A DNA stretch of 64,000 bases, taken from assembly GCA_964019335.1 (NCBI GenBank), contig OZ025725.1, positions 310,001 through 374,000 on the forward strand, in the 5' to 3' direction. The stretch comes from Diplonema japonicum. Taxonomy: Eukaryota; Protista; Euglenozoa: Diplonemea. Each line of letters starts with the position of its first letter. Position 1 is the first letter of the stretch. This document shows, one piece after another, positions 24,290 through 36,440 of this stretch. Below the pieces are notes generated by a model. That model was not told where the DNA came from. It was given only the letters and a program-made list of their open reading frames with translations, and searched no databases. Position numbers and translations under genes: made by a program.

Positions 24290-25026
24290 TTATTTCACTC
24301 TTCAGAAATTAATTCTTCACGCACTGGGGGGCCCATTACTTCACGCTAAATCTCATTACTTCACGGTGAAATAATGGCCTGTTTTCCGTGAAGTAATAGG
24401 GGGTTTCCGTTAAATAATATGCCTCGGTAGGCCAATTTTTGCCTCGGTTCGGTTCCAGTGGGGCTACTTTTTCCTCTCAGTTTGCTATTTCCCCCCAGGT
24501 TCAGCTCAATTGGCCAACTTTTGCCTCGGCTCAGTTCCAAGTTGGACTACTTTTTCCACCCAATTTGCCCACTTTTGGCTAGGCCTTGTTCCCAGTTTCT
24601 GTGGGTAACTCTTCTGTGGGTAAGGGTAACTTAGTCAGCTTACCCAAGCACCCCAAAAGACTTCAAAATACCGAAGCAGCAGAAAAAAAGGAGCCAGCGG
24701 CCGCGCCAGGTATGGGAAGGCCTGATTAGAGATGGTGACAGTGGCAATGCCAGCGACAGCGGCAGCTCTTAGTCAACAAAAGGAGGAAAAACAACATGTA
24801 TTGTAACCTTTGTATCCCCTCTCTAATTGTACCCTTGTCACCCTGTTGTGCCCCTCGTGGTGAAGTAATTTCAGAGTGTCGTGAAATAAAACCACTTACC
24901 TACCGCCAAGTAATGCTTTACCGACCTCTCGGTTCCGCATTTTACCATCTCGGGCCCTCGACGGTAAAATGCGGAACCTCGAGGTAACGGTAAAGTCATT
25001 ACTTGTTGGCAGTAAATAGCTATTAT
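24290..25026. mobile_element. Non-coding repeat element with many GTGAA(A/G)TAA(T/A) motifs and an internal ~80-bp degenerate tandem duplication
   Basis: ATTACTTCACG x2, GGTGAAATAAT, CGTGAAGTAAT, GTGAAATAAA; duplicated GGCCAA(T/C)TTTTGCCTCGG..CTACTTTTTCC; related sequence at 20666-20811 and 54885-55133. Confidence 0.55.
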
Positions 25027-25132
25027 TTTTTTGAAAACGTTTCCTTTTTTTTTTTTTTTTTTTGCTCCCCCAACTAATTTTCACAAGAAAAAAAAAATAG
25101 GAGGGAGTGGGGCAAAAAAAAAAAAAATAACA

Positions 25133-25933
25133 ATGCCTTCGGAATGGGAAACAGTTTGCAGGGAGGTGCAAGGGGAGTACAGCAACTGGGCAATGGTGGC
25201 CTTTGTCCTGACGGTATCTCATGCGGTCGTCGTGTGGGGAACCGTTTTGTACTACAAAACGCTGACAGGGATGCCCAGCATGCACAAATACAAGGTGAGG
25301 CTCCCAGAAGGGAACAGGACCAACAAGGAAAGCGCCCTCAGACACGCGGTCATCGACGCCATCATCGCCAGCTTCGTTACGGTTCCCATTGCGGCCTCTT
25401 TGGTAGGATGGCTCTTTGGTGCAGACGTGTGTGAGGAATTACCATCTTGGGAACAAACAGCCTTGCAACTGTGCTTTCATATGGTTTTCACTGACACGAC
25501 GTTCTACTGGGCACACCGGACTCTGCACACAAAGTGGTTTTACGCAAGAATTCATAAACAGCATCATGAATTCAAGACTCTTGACCCGATTTGTGCGGAG
25601 TACGACCACCCTGTTGAAGACTTGATCAACGTGTTGTCTACAGCAGGTGGGCCCATCCTCTTGGATTCTCACCCTTGCGTGCTTATGGTCCATGTTAGCT
25701 TACGGTTGATGCAGAGCATTGATGCCCATTCTGGTTACTCCCTCCCCTTGCCTTACTCCGTGTGGAACGTAGGGCCCTTCTGGTCGTCCTCCGTGCGTCA
25801 CAGCTACCACCATGGTGTAAATGTTGGGAACTACGGGGACTGGTTCCCTTTCTGGGACTGGCTCTGCGGCACCGACAAATCATGGAGAGATTTCTACTTT
25901 CAGAACAATGATAAATCTGTGAAAACCGAATAA
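25133..25933 (+). CDS. Fatty acid hydroxylase superfamily, sterol C4-methyl oxidase (ERG25-like)
   Basis: His boxes YWAHRTLH, IHKQHHEF, DAHSGY, HSYHH; NYG..F..WDWLCGTD. Confidence 0.85.
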   Translation: MPSEWETVCREVQGEYSNWAMVAFVLTVSHAVVVWGTVLYYKTLTGMPSMHKYKVRLPEGNRTNKESALRHAVIDAIIASFVTVPIAASLVGWLFGADVCEELPSWEQTALQLCFHMVFTDTTFYWAHRTLHTKWFYARIHKQHHEFKTLDPICAEYDHPVEDLINVLSTAGGPILLDSHPCVLMVHVSLRLMQSIDAHSGYSLPLPYSVWNVGPFWSSSVRHSYHHGVNVGNYGDWFPFWDWLCGTDKSWRDFYFQNNDKSVKTE

Positions 25934-26301
25934 AAATGGGGGGTGTCCACACTACGTTGTAAAATGCAGAATTCTTTTTTTTTTTTCGCGTTACACAAAG
26001 CTATCCACTAACGGGGGGGGGGCTTTTTTTTGTTTGTGTGAGAGTTCTTCTGAAAGGGGAAGGGGGAGAAAATCCAAAATGCAGAATTTCCGCGTTGGGT
26101 ACTTGTTGAAGCTTCTCACACGGCCTCTCCCTTCTCTTTTCTTCCCCCCCCCTTTTTTTTGCTCTCTATTCCCTCAAGGCTACTCGTGTCTATTTTGTTC
26201 AAAAAAAGACTTTTCTCGTTCTCCACGACACAAAAGAAAAGAAAGAAAAAGGAAGTTCACGCACTGGGGTGTACTCCTGCCCTCGTCCATACTCTCGGCT
26301 T

Positions 26302-26345
<44 letters not shown>

Positions 26346-26412
26346 TAGCAAACCATGTGAGTGATCGGCAACCTAAGATGCTATGATAGGCCTCCCCCTC
26401 TCTTTCTCTCTT

Positions 26413-26444
<32 letters not shown>

Positions 26445-26453
26445 CTTTTTTAA

Positions 26454-28245
26454 CCATCTACCAACGAGCGTCTTTATAGAGACGATTTGAAAAAAAATCT
26501 TTTGCGCAAAGGGCTTTCAATGCAATACAGCTCGGCCACTTCTCGCATCCGGGGTCCTGCGCGGAAAATATGAAAAATATAAACTAAATGCTGCCCTAAC
26601 TTAACAAGAAAAAGAAAAAAGAAAAAAAAACGCCAGCCCAAATTTACCCTTAAAAATCACTTCAAAAAAGGGTGCCCAGAAAGAGGCCGGAAGAGGAGGG
26701 TATGAGTGATGGTAGCACTGATGGCTCATCCCTATTATGCAATTTTGGTACGAACAGTGATTCTGATACGAATTCGACCGATTCCGAGTCACAGCAGGGT
26801 GATTGGACGGCAAAGCCGGAGCGGTTGGAAGGCATCCGGTTTCGTGAAGATCGGAATCCTTGTGGACCCTGTTTTGACATCAGAGGCTCAACGACATTCC
26901 ATATATTCTCCCAAATGCTCGCCCCAAACGTTATTTGGGTCATAATTTCGAACAATGTGGCAAATGCGGCTAAAAAAGGTGTTTCCCTGGATCTCAATGC
27001 TGCTTCTTTGCATACCTTCTTAGGTGTCCTTTTGTCGATGGACTTGGATATCATGCCAGATTATTCTGACTACTGGCGCGCTGGCTCCACGTCTCTCAAC
27101 CACACCCCTGGGTACGCTGCTGTCATGTCAAGAGACCGCTTTTTGACTATTCTGGGAAATCTGTGTTTCCACAGCGAAACAAACAAGCGTGCTGACTTCT
27201 ACCTATCGCAAAGGCCTCCCGGAGATCACGGATGCAAAGAAGCGAGGCCGCAAGCCCAAGGACACGCATCCTGTGGCGACACCCAGTTCCACCAGCACGT
27301 GAGCATCCTTTGCACCACAACGTGGCATGACATCAAGCCTGTGCGCTTTCTGTCGACGTTGGATGTTCTGGTGAAGTCAAATTTGACGTGTCGGCCAAAA
27401 GAGAATGAAAGCCGGAATGGACATCCCACCAAGTGCATATTTACAACACCGCAATGGGCGGAACCGACGCTGGGTGACGCTGTGACAAAACGCCATAAAC
27501 GCACCCTTATGACTTCGAAGTGGCCCCTGAAAGTATTTTCGTACTTGTTAGATAGATCTCTGGCAAATGCTTGGCTTGTTTGGAAAGAAGCATTGCCCCC
27601 CAACACCCTGAGTACGAACGACAGTGGATTCACGCCTTTCAAAGAGGCAGTCATCGAAGGGCTACTAGGGAGGCAGTCTAAACAACAGCTAAAGTCAACT
27701 ACAGAGCAGGCTGCCCCAATACCATGCCCCGAAACACAGAACGAGTGCCCTGAGACCCCAATGCACCTCGATAGTACCTTCTGGGACCATTTCCCCGAAA
27801 AAGTAGTGCAACATGCGGTGCAAGCATGGCAAGTCGAAATGACCCCAGTTCCAGTGTTCAACCTGCTTGGTACAACTTTGCATGACTCCGTGCTTCAAAG
27901 ACTACCACCTTGCCGGGGATACCCCCCAGAAACCCCTCTCGGGGTCAAAAAAGAAGTCCCCCAGCCCTGGGGCACGTACGAACCGCGTCAAGAAGGCCTT
28001 AAATAGCTTTTTACAGAATTTTACAGTCGATTTTTTTTGACTTGTTTTTGTACCCCCTCTCGGGCACTTCAGGAACGATATTTTTGACAATGCTGTGAGG
28101 GGCCCTGCTGTGGGCACCCTCTCTCTAGAATTGGGACATCTGGAGGCATTTCCGGGGGCATATAGCCCCGGCGTTGCGCTAGAATAGCTTTTTTTGAAGT
28201 TTTGAAAATTTACCCCCTGGTGGGCAAAAATGGTCCGTTGGTAGA

Positions 28246-28248
<3 letters not shown>
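26454..28248 (+). mobile_element. Internally deleted piggyBac transposon
   Basis: TTAA|CCATCTACCAACG ... CGTTGGTAGATGG|TTAA. ORF 26672-28006 retains FLGVLLSM..DYW, MSRDRF, WHDIKPVRFLST and KWPLKVFSYLLD..LANAW but lacks the DDE core. The Cys-rich tail (CSTCLVQLCMTPCFKDYH) is in another frame. Confidence 0.9.
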
Positions 28249-28283
<35 letters not shown>

Positions 28284-28336
28284 AAACCTCGCCTTTTTTA
28301 AAAAGGGAACAAAACAAAAAAACAAAAAACAAAAAA

Positions 28337-29212
28337 ATGATCACCATAACGCTCCCCTTAATCGGGCTGGCGCTTTGCGGGATGCAGGAATGGGAAGCGG
28401 AGACCTATAAAAAAAACGAAACAGGTGAGATATACGCCTCGCAAGAAGGTGCAACAGTACAAGAGGTGGCAAAGGACGGTGTAAGATCTATTTCAGAGAA
28501 CGGCCTGCTGAAAGTGAAGGACGCCGTGGGTGACGCCAACTCGTGCAAGGCACTGGGGGACCTCATCGATAGGCTCCAACCCAGGATGGAACCAAAGCAC
28601 GCAAACCACCACCACAACATCGCTGTGGAACTTCTACCAGAGGTGCGTGACGTGGTTTACAGGGTGATAGAAAGAAACTATAATTTCCTTTCATCCCTTC
28701 TCACGGAAGACGCGGGTTTGGTAGAACTGGCCATGATGGTGAACGACCCTGGAGCAGCATATCAAAAATGGCACGCTGACACCGTTGCAAGCCCGAAGGT
28801 AGCAAAACTTTTTTCGTTTTTCATCGCACTAGACGAGATATCGCTTGACATGGGCCCTACTGCACTCGTCCCTCGTACCCATACGCAGGATTTTATTGAC
28901 ATTTGTAACAAGGAGGTTACCCGCACGAAGAAAGCAGTATGTGCCGAGAGCTTCGCACCTCTCTCCAAAATCGGGGCCACCATGTCGCCTGGGGACATGA
29001 CTGTCATGGACTCCACACTGCAGCATCGGGCTAATGAAAATTATTCGTCGAGGCGCAGGCGGATCGTTTATTTTTCGCTTGCCGGACCGGGTGTGAAACC
29101 TGATGGTTCCACATACACCCTTCTACCTGGGTACTCTGGGCATATTCTCAAGGAGTACAAGACATGGCACACTGCTGATGCCCGTCTTGGTGGCGGAGGT
29201 GAGGAGTTCTAA
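28337..29212 (+). CDS. PhyH-like 2OG-Fe(II) dioxygenase with signal peptide
   Basis: QKWHAD (HxD), FIALDEISLDMGPT.LVPRTH, GDMTVMDSTLQHRANENYS.RRR. Confidence 0.85.
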   Translation: MITITLPLIGLALCGMQEWEAETYKKNETGEIYASQEGATVQEVAKDGVRSISENGLLKVKDAVGDANSCKALGDLIDRLQPRMEPKHANHHHNIAVELLPEVRDVVYRVIERNYNFLSSLLTEDAGLVELAMMVNDPGAAYQKWHADTVASPKVAKLFSFFIALDEISLDMGPTALVPRTHTQDFIDICNKEVTRTKKAVCAESFAPLSKIGATMSPGDMTVMDSTLQHRANENYSSRRRRIVYFSLAGPGVKPDGSTYTLLPGYSGHILKEYKTWHTADARLGGGGEEF

Positions 29213-29321
29213 AAAAAGGGAAAAGAAAAAAAGAAAAGAAAAAAATTCTTTTTTTTTTTTTTTTTGTTTGTAGTTTTTATTTCCGTATTAACGAATTTTT
29301 TTTTTTTTTTTTGCCTATCTG

Positions 29322-29359
<38 letters not shown>

Positions 29360-29758
29360 GTTTTTTGAAAATTGTTGTCAAAAGAAGAAGAGAAAAAAAA
29401 AAAAGAAAATGTTGGGCAAAATAAAAAAGCCCGCGTTTTTACAAAAAAAAAAAAAAAAGAGAGAGAGAGAGAGAGAGAAAACTATGCTCCTTTATTAGGA
29501 AAAAAGGTTTTTTTTTTCTCTCTTTTTTTCTTTTTTTTTTTGTAAAACCGGTATGACGCAAACAAAAACTTTGCCAACTCTTTTTTTTTCCCCTCGAAGT
29601 TTTAAGAGAAAAAGAAAGAAAGAAAAAAAAAAAAAAAAATTCAAAAAGAAAAAAAGAAAACGCCTGAATATAGTTATAAATATCTTTTGGCCCGTCAAAA
29701 AAAAAAAAAAAAAAAAAAAAAAGAAAAGCTGCGCGAAAAAAAAAAAAAAAAAAAAAAA

Positions 29759-31923
29759 ATGCTGAAAACCATAGAGAGGTGCACGGAGGAGCACCCCGCA
29801 ACGCATCTCGGCGGTGTTGGATACCCCAGCAACAGGGCAGTGGGCATAGGGACGCTAGTAGATTACCTGGACCCCATCATGAACATAGAAGAGGTTCGAA
29901 AAGAACTGGTCAAGGGAACCGTCAAAACAAGACAACTGCCCTTAGTCCCGTACGCAGGCCTCACACGGGTGGTGTTCATGAAAAGAGGTTCCATGGACTG
30001 GATGGCCCGCCACCCCGAGGCCGGCGACAAGTTCGGCAGCACAAAGGAAGGCGAGGCCTTCATCCTCCGCGCCAACAGCGGCGCCATGGTGATGGAAAAA
30101 ACCGGCGATGACACTTTCAAGTCAGGCGGCAGAATGCACTGCTTTGACATATGGCTGAAGGACCCTAACATCTCAACCCACACGGCGCCTCTCGTCGACA
30201 CTTACAAATCACACGAAATGCCCACCAAGCAAGGCCCAGGCTGGACCGCCACCGTCATAGCCGGTGTCTACAGCGACAAGGACAACCGTCCTGGCGTGGA
30301 CCTAGGCCCCACGCGTATCATCGATTTCTGCATCCTCGGGAGGAAAGGCCTCGTGTACAAAGTACCCAGCAACTACAATGTCGTTGTTTATGTGTACGAG
30401 GGCGAGCTCGAGTTCCAGAACAGCATGCAGATCAAGCGGCAGGGTACTGTCGTCGTCTTCGAACGCAAGGGAGGTGATGTCATCGAGGCATGGGCAAAAG
30501 GCGGTGATGCAGGATCTGAAGCAAGGTTCCTGCTAGTGGCCTCGGAACCTCTCGGTGAAGGATTCGAACGCAGCGAAGAAGTACCCTCGATAGTGGGGAT
30601 GAACACACAGACCGTCACAGACTTCTGTAGATCGGAAGGCTTCGTTGACGGTGTTGACGAACACGCCCTGGCACTCAAACAGCTGGAAGAAGAACAAGCG
30701 GAACACCTAGACCTCTCACACTTCTCACCCACCTCGCGTGACGATGACCGCAGGAGGTCATCCAGCGTCAACTACACAGCACAAGACCTCGCGACCCCCA
30801 TGGAGCCGCGCAGGGTCACCACCAGAGAACGCGGCGTCGCATCGCAGCGTTCAGTGACATCACCTAAAGAACCCATCAACCTGAAAGGCCGTGGGAAGGT
30901 GGCCACTATGGAGGATATGCGGAAGAAAAGGTCTCAGAAAGAGGATCCATTAGAGGCCACCGTGACATACACAGGAGGTGTGGGGCTGGGAAGCTCATCG
31001 CGAGCTGGCTCGCCTTACCACAGGAAGAGGAACTCGGGAGGGTTCAGTTCAAACACAACAGCCACCACGTCCCCGACATCCCCTGTTCTGTCGCCGTCTG
31101 CGTCGCCCGGAAGGTTTAGAAGGATCCCATCTGTCGTGGCACCACCATCTGATGCATTAAGCTTTTCAGCGAGGAGCTTCAAACTGTCAGAAAGCACGAG
31201 TTCGCTGTCCTCGAAGACGAGGACGAAGACGGAACCTGGAAGGGTCTCATTCTCAGAGATACCTGTGCCGCAGGACGTGCGCAGCCCCTCTAGAAGGCGG
31301 GCTTCGTGCGATACCAGCCCCGAGCGCAAGAAGACAGAAGAGCCGCGTCGGCGGTTTTCTTACGCACCCACTGCATCTGCGCACGATGACGGCATGGCAC
31401 CACCGCCTGTGAGATTTAAGATTAAAGGGTCGTCCTACGAGCTGAAGGAGAGGCTTATCAATCTGGTAAAGCTGAAGAACGAAGGGACGCCCAATCTAAA
31501 TAGCGCCATTGCTGAGACGCAGGTACAGCTGGACAAGGCACGGGAGAGGGAGGCGCTGACGGATAAGAGGTACCGAAGGGAGGGAAAAAAAAGAAAAAAA
31601 TACAGAGACCTTGCGGAAATGGAGATAGAGATGCAGCGGTACGAGAAGGAGTGGAGAGGGTACCACCACTACTGGGCGACGCATCTGAATAAGATGTACT
31701 CTGCGATACAAGAGCGGCCCACTGCGGAACTGAAGAAAGAGTACCGGGTTAAGTCAGCAGATTTTCAGAAACAGGTACTTAAAAAAAAAAAAAAAAAACA
31801 CACACACAGCTTTCTGAATACCAGAAGCGTCGGAAGGTGTACGAATCGATGTGTGGCTCGCTTAAGGACCCTATGTCCTCTGCCTCTTCGAGCTCTTCTG
31901 TGGGGCCGAATGTTTTGTTCTAA
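29759..31923 (+). CDS. Pirin-like bicupin + Ser-rich linker + coiled-coil protein; introns 31775-31809 and probably 31570-31605
   Basis: DYLDPIM, FDIWLKDP, VIAGVY, YNVVVYVYEGE, ARFLLVASEPLGE; last exon LSEYQKRRKVY is homologous to that of the paralog. Confidence 0.8.
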
Positions 31924-33929
31924 TGCTTCTTTTTTTTTTTTTTTTTTTTGGCCAAGTATTTATATGACAGCTTGTGTCGCCTCTATTTATTTTTTGAAAT
32001 ATATCCTGGCCTGCGGCCCTGTCGTGAAATTCATTTTTATTTCACCCTAAAAAAGCGGCACACTGTTCATTATCCTTTGTGAATTAAATTTGCTATTACC
32101 CTTTCTTTTCTTTTCTTTTTTTTTTTTTTTTACCTGAGGAGGTGGTGGGAGGGATGAGAAAACCGGAAAGTCAGCAAAACCAGAATATAACCTGATTTTT
32201 TTTTCTTTCGTTGTTGTGTTTTCTCTCCCCCCCCCTTTTCCACCCTTCATCTACTGATACTTTGGTGTTTCAGGGAGGGAGTTTTTAAAACGGAACAAAA
32301 AAAAAAAAGAAAAAAACCCCTTTCACACGCTTTACTTTCTCCTCCCCCCCCCCTCTCTCTCTCTTTCCCCGCAGGGAGGTCACATGGTATACAGAAGGGC
32401 AGCACAGGCCCATAATACAAAGTCCACTTTTCGACTTTGACCAAACACCTGGTGTTCCGTGGCCCTGAGGTGGTGTGTAAATGTCGAAATTTGGTTACTT
32501 TTCTTTTTCTTTTTCTTTTTTTGCTTGAGGGGTCGGTGCACTTTTACCTTTTGTCTTCTGAAGTTTTTCCCCAGCAAGTGATGTGGGATAGGAGCACCCT
32601 TACCTCCTTAACATAATTTTAAAAAGAAAAAAATTTCCCCCCCCCCCCCCCTACCAATGTGACCCCCGTAACCCCCCTACCCCGAAGCGAAGTTAAAAAA
32701 AAAAAGAGAAAACCCTTTCTTCTTCTTTTTTTTCTCTTTTTTTTTTGGTCGGGAAAAATACTCTCCAACCTGCTGGGACGCAAGTAGGAGCCATTAGAAG
32801 GACGCTAGTAGGAGCCATTGAAGGGTGCCTCTCGCCTGAAGAGGACAGCACCTGGAGGAGTCGCGAGATATGTCAGAAACCTGAGAGATATCTAGTACTG
32901 ACCATACCCCCCTTCCCTTTTTAGGGCATGCGGCTTTCGTCTTGGTGAGCTTGTATGTTAATTTGAAATTTCTTTTTTAGCGCCGCCAACACCGGCCTCC
33001 TTTAACTCATATATATTACAAGTAAAAATAAAAGTTTGGAACCTTAACCCTGTGGGCCATTCCTAGTATCAACAAAATTCAAGATATTTGAACTGACGAC
33101 AGTGTGGAGGGTTTTTTTTTAAGCGGGATAGGGGGGGAGGGGGGGGGCTGCCTGCTTATGGTAAAATATTTTCATTGTAACTTGGTTTTAACCATGTTTC
33201 TCTCTCTGTCTCTCTCTCTCTCTCTCTCCCCTCAAAGAAGTACTATGTGTGATTATATCTGCCGTTATGGAATTTAGAAGAAAGAAGAAAAAAACGAGGA
33301 AAAAAAAAAGTACCCAAGGGAAACGAGTATTTTTACTTTGTTTCTCAAATCTTAGGTGGAGGGGGGGGGGGATGAAAGATTTTTTAAATTAATATTTCGT
33401 CTTTTTACCTTTTTTTTTCTTTTTCTTTTTTCTTCTCAAAAGTATTTGTAGATTTTTTTTTATCTAATGCCTGTTAAGGGTAAAGAATGCGATCCCCCCC
33501 CCCCCCCCCCCCCCCCTCCCCCCCCTTCTCCCTCGCAAGTTGTCTATTCCCGGGGCTCTTTTGGAACATGGTTTTTCTTTTTCTTTTCTTTTTTTTCCCC
33601 CAGGGCACTCTTCAAACTTCTCAAACACTAGCGGCTTATGCCCACCCGCATACCAGAGTAGAGGTATCTGTATCAGGATTCCGATCCATATGTACTCTAC
33701 ATCCTGCAGATTCCCACACCTTTTTCTGCCGTCTTCGTTTAATCAAGAACGATACATATTCCTGTTTTTTTTTCTTTTTTTTTTTTCTTGTGTGTGTGTG
33801 TGGTTACTTCATCAGGTACTAAGAACTATGTCTTTGACAATTCAGTTTGCTACCTTTCTCTTTTTTTTTCCTCCTACTATTACCCCCCCCCCCCCCCCCG
33901 TCTATCCTGTCGCAAAAAAGAAAAGAAGG

Positions 33930-33963
<34 letters not shown>

Positions 33964-34274
33964 AACCACCCTACTTTTTTTTTTTGAAAAAAAAACATAA
34001 TAATACCCATCGTCATGTTTACCGTGGAAAACAATTTTCTTTTTCTTTTTTAAAAATATTTAGTTCTTCTTTTTTTTTCTTTTTTCTTTTTTTTTCTTCT
34101 CTTTTTTGTTGTTGTTGCCCTCACACTCCCCTCCCTTTTTTTTTTTCCCCCCCCTCCACCTTGCCCCCGCGTACACTTTCTTTTTTCCCTTTTTTTTTGC
34201 CTGCGTTTTTCCCCCCCTCCCCCCTTTTTTTTCCCGCAAAGCCATTATAAAAAAAAAAGGGGGGCAAAAAAAAA

Positions 34275-35549
34275 ATGTCAGGGTCAGGACGTCTGCTCTC
34301 CCGCTACATCGAGGGCAGCGTGGAGAGAAACTGCGGTGGTGCGGGTTTCAAAACCTTCAGGGTCATGGGTGAAGGCACCAACATCGACTTCCTCGACCCC
34401 TTCATCCAGGTCGACGAGATCAAGAGAAGGTTCCAACAACGCGACGCCACCCCACTCCCCTGGACTCCCTACGTGGGCATGACAAGGTTATACTACATTA
34501 TAGCAGGTGGGATACTATGGACGGGAAGACACCCCAGCAAAGGCGACAAACAAGGCGAAACACATAAAGGCGATGTGTTCGCCCTCCATGCCCGATCAGG
34601 TGCATTGATAGAGGAAACCGCATCAGCTGCGATCTACACTAAAGGAGGCCTTCTCCACGCCTTTGAAATCTGGGTGAAGGAGCCCGAATGTTTCTCCCAT
34701 TCCGATCCCTTAATAGATAACTACTCCTCAAGAGAACTACCCAAATCCGAGGGCGACGGGTGGACAGCAAAGGTAATATACGGAACCTTCGCAATCGACG
34801 GTACAGAGACACCAGCAGTAGAGACAACCTCACCATGCAATATTATAGATTTTGCGATTTTCGGGGGGAAGACGATCGAGTACGAGGTACCGGAAGAGTG
34901 GAACGCTGCGGTTTATGTGTATGAGGGAGAGGCAGAATTGCAAAGCAACATGCAAATTGTCGGGGAGGGCTCGATGGCGATTTATGAACGCAAAGGCACC
35001 ACGATAGAAATATGGGCCAAGGGAGGCGAGGCCGGCGCAATAACAAGATGCTTACTTTTCTGCGGAAAGCCTCTGAGAGAGGCAATGGAGCGCAGCGGAA
35101 CTACAATCGCTTCGTGGGCGAACGAAATCGACAAAATTAAAATGTCTGAAGATTTTAGAGACGCATTCCACAACATCGAGATGCTTAAGGCTGAACCCAA
35201 CGAACAGGGTGTCCGGGTTTCTTGCGATGATGTCCAAACACCCCGCCTTCCGTCCGGAAATTGCGGATTTGAAACTTTCAGAAATATTGTTTCAAAGCCA
35301 TCGGATGCTCTTAAAGAACAAGACCTCAAAGCACGCATTGACAACTTGACGGCTTTGAAACAAAAAGGCACACCTGGTCTCGAGCTTGCAATCGCCTCCA
35401 CCCGCAAGGAACTCAAAGAGTACCAAGCTTCGAGAAAAAGCAGCGCCCAACCTAGCAAACCGGGCCAGCTGGAAACAAATCTTGACCAGGAGATGGCACA
35501 GTACGAGGCACAATGGAAACAGTATTCTACTAAGTGGACTGCTTATTTA

Positions 35550-35611
<62 letters not shown>

Positions 35612-35885
35612 GTGTGCAGCAACTTCACGGAAAGATCCACACCACCCCAAACGACCTATCTCTTCGGGAGCAGTATAAGACGAAACACGCAGAATATAGT
35701 AAACAGGTTTGTGTTTTTTTTTTTTTCTTTCTTTTATATTAACACAGCTGGAGTTGTATAATAAGAAGGTTTCGATTTACAACCATAACAAAGCTCAGCA
35801 GAAGCAGGCTGCCGCAGCAAAGCAGGAGATTCATGGGGTGGGAAGGCCACAAGGCCGCCTCGATTTGGTACTGGAGGACAATTAG
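34275..35885 (+). CDS. Pirin-like bicupin + coiled-coil protein (paralog); exons 34275-35552, 35620-35706, 35748-35885
   Basis: CGGAGFKTFRV, DFLDPFI, WNAAVYVYEGE, LLFCGKPLRE. Two phase-0 GT..AG introns restore alignment to the 29759 paralog. Confidence 0.8.
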
Positions 35886-36440
35886 TTTGGGGAGGGGGGG
35901 GATATTGTGTTGATAAGAATCCTTTTTTTTTTTGGCCCGTTTCACTTGCCTCTTTTTTTCGAAAAAAAAATAAGAAATGAATGAGAAAAAGAAGAAGGAA
36001 CCCCCCCCCCCCCCCCCCCCATGGTGCATACGGTAATTGTGAAGAAACGTTCCCCTTAAGAAACTGTAAAAAGAGTACAGTGAAGTGCTCCCCGATTATT
36101 CCGAAACAGGGGTGTTTCCCTATTATAGGATCGTGTGCAAACTCTGCCAAGGAAAAAAAAAAAGGAAAGAAAGAAAAAAAAAAAAAAAAGAGTGAAGGGG
36201 GCTTCACCACCCGCCCCTGGGGAGTTCTTGTTCCACCCGTCCTTTCGTCCAGCTTCTCCCTTTTGGGTGTCTTGCGATGTTCACGAAAAGACTTTTTTTT
36301 TGGCCGGCATCTGACCCCCCTCCCCCTTTCCAACCTAACTTTTTTTTTTTAATAGCTTTCAATTTACATATCTCTACAACCCTATACTCTCACTTCAAAG
36401 ACGCCTATTTGATTTTAGAAAAAAAAAAAGAAAAGAAAAA

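Noticed and set aside
32777-32824. Direct repeat GACGC(A/T)AGTAGGAGCCATT x2
   Set aside because: Only two adjacent units with no spacer array; a simple local duplication, not CRISPR.
33600-33760. Coding-like island between the pirin genes
   Set aside because: No convincing ORF, splice-compatible frame or recognisable RNA motif.
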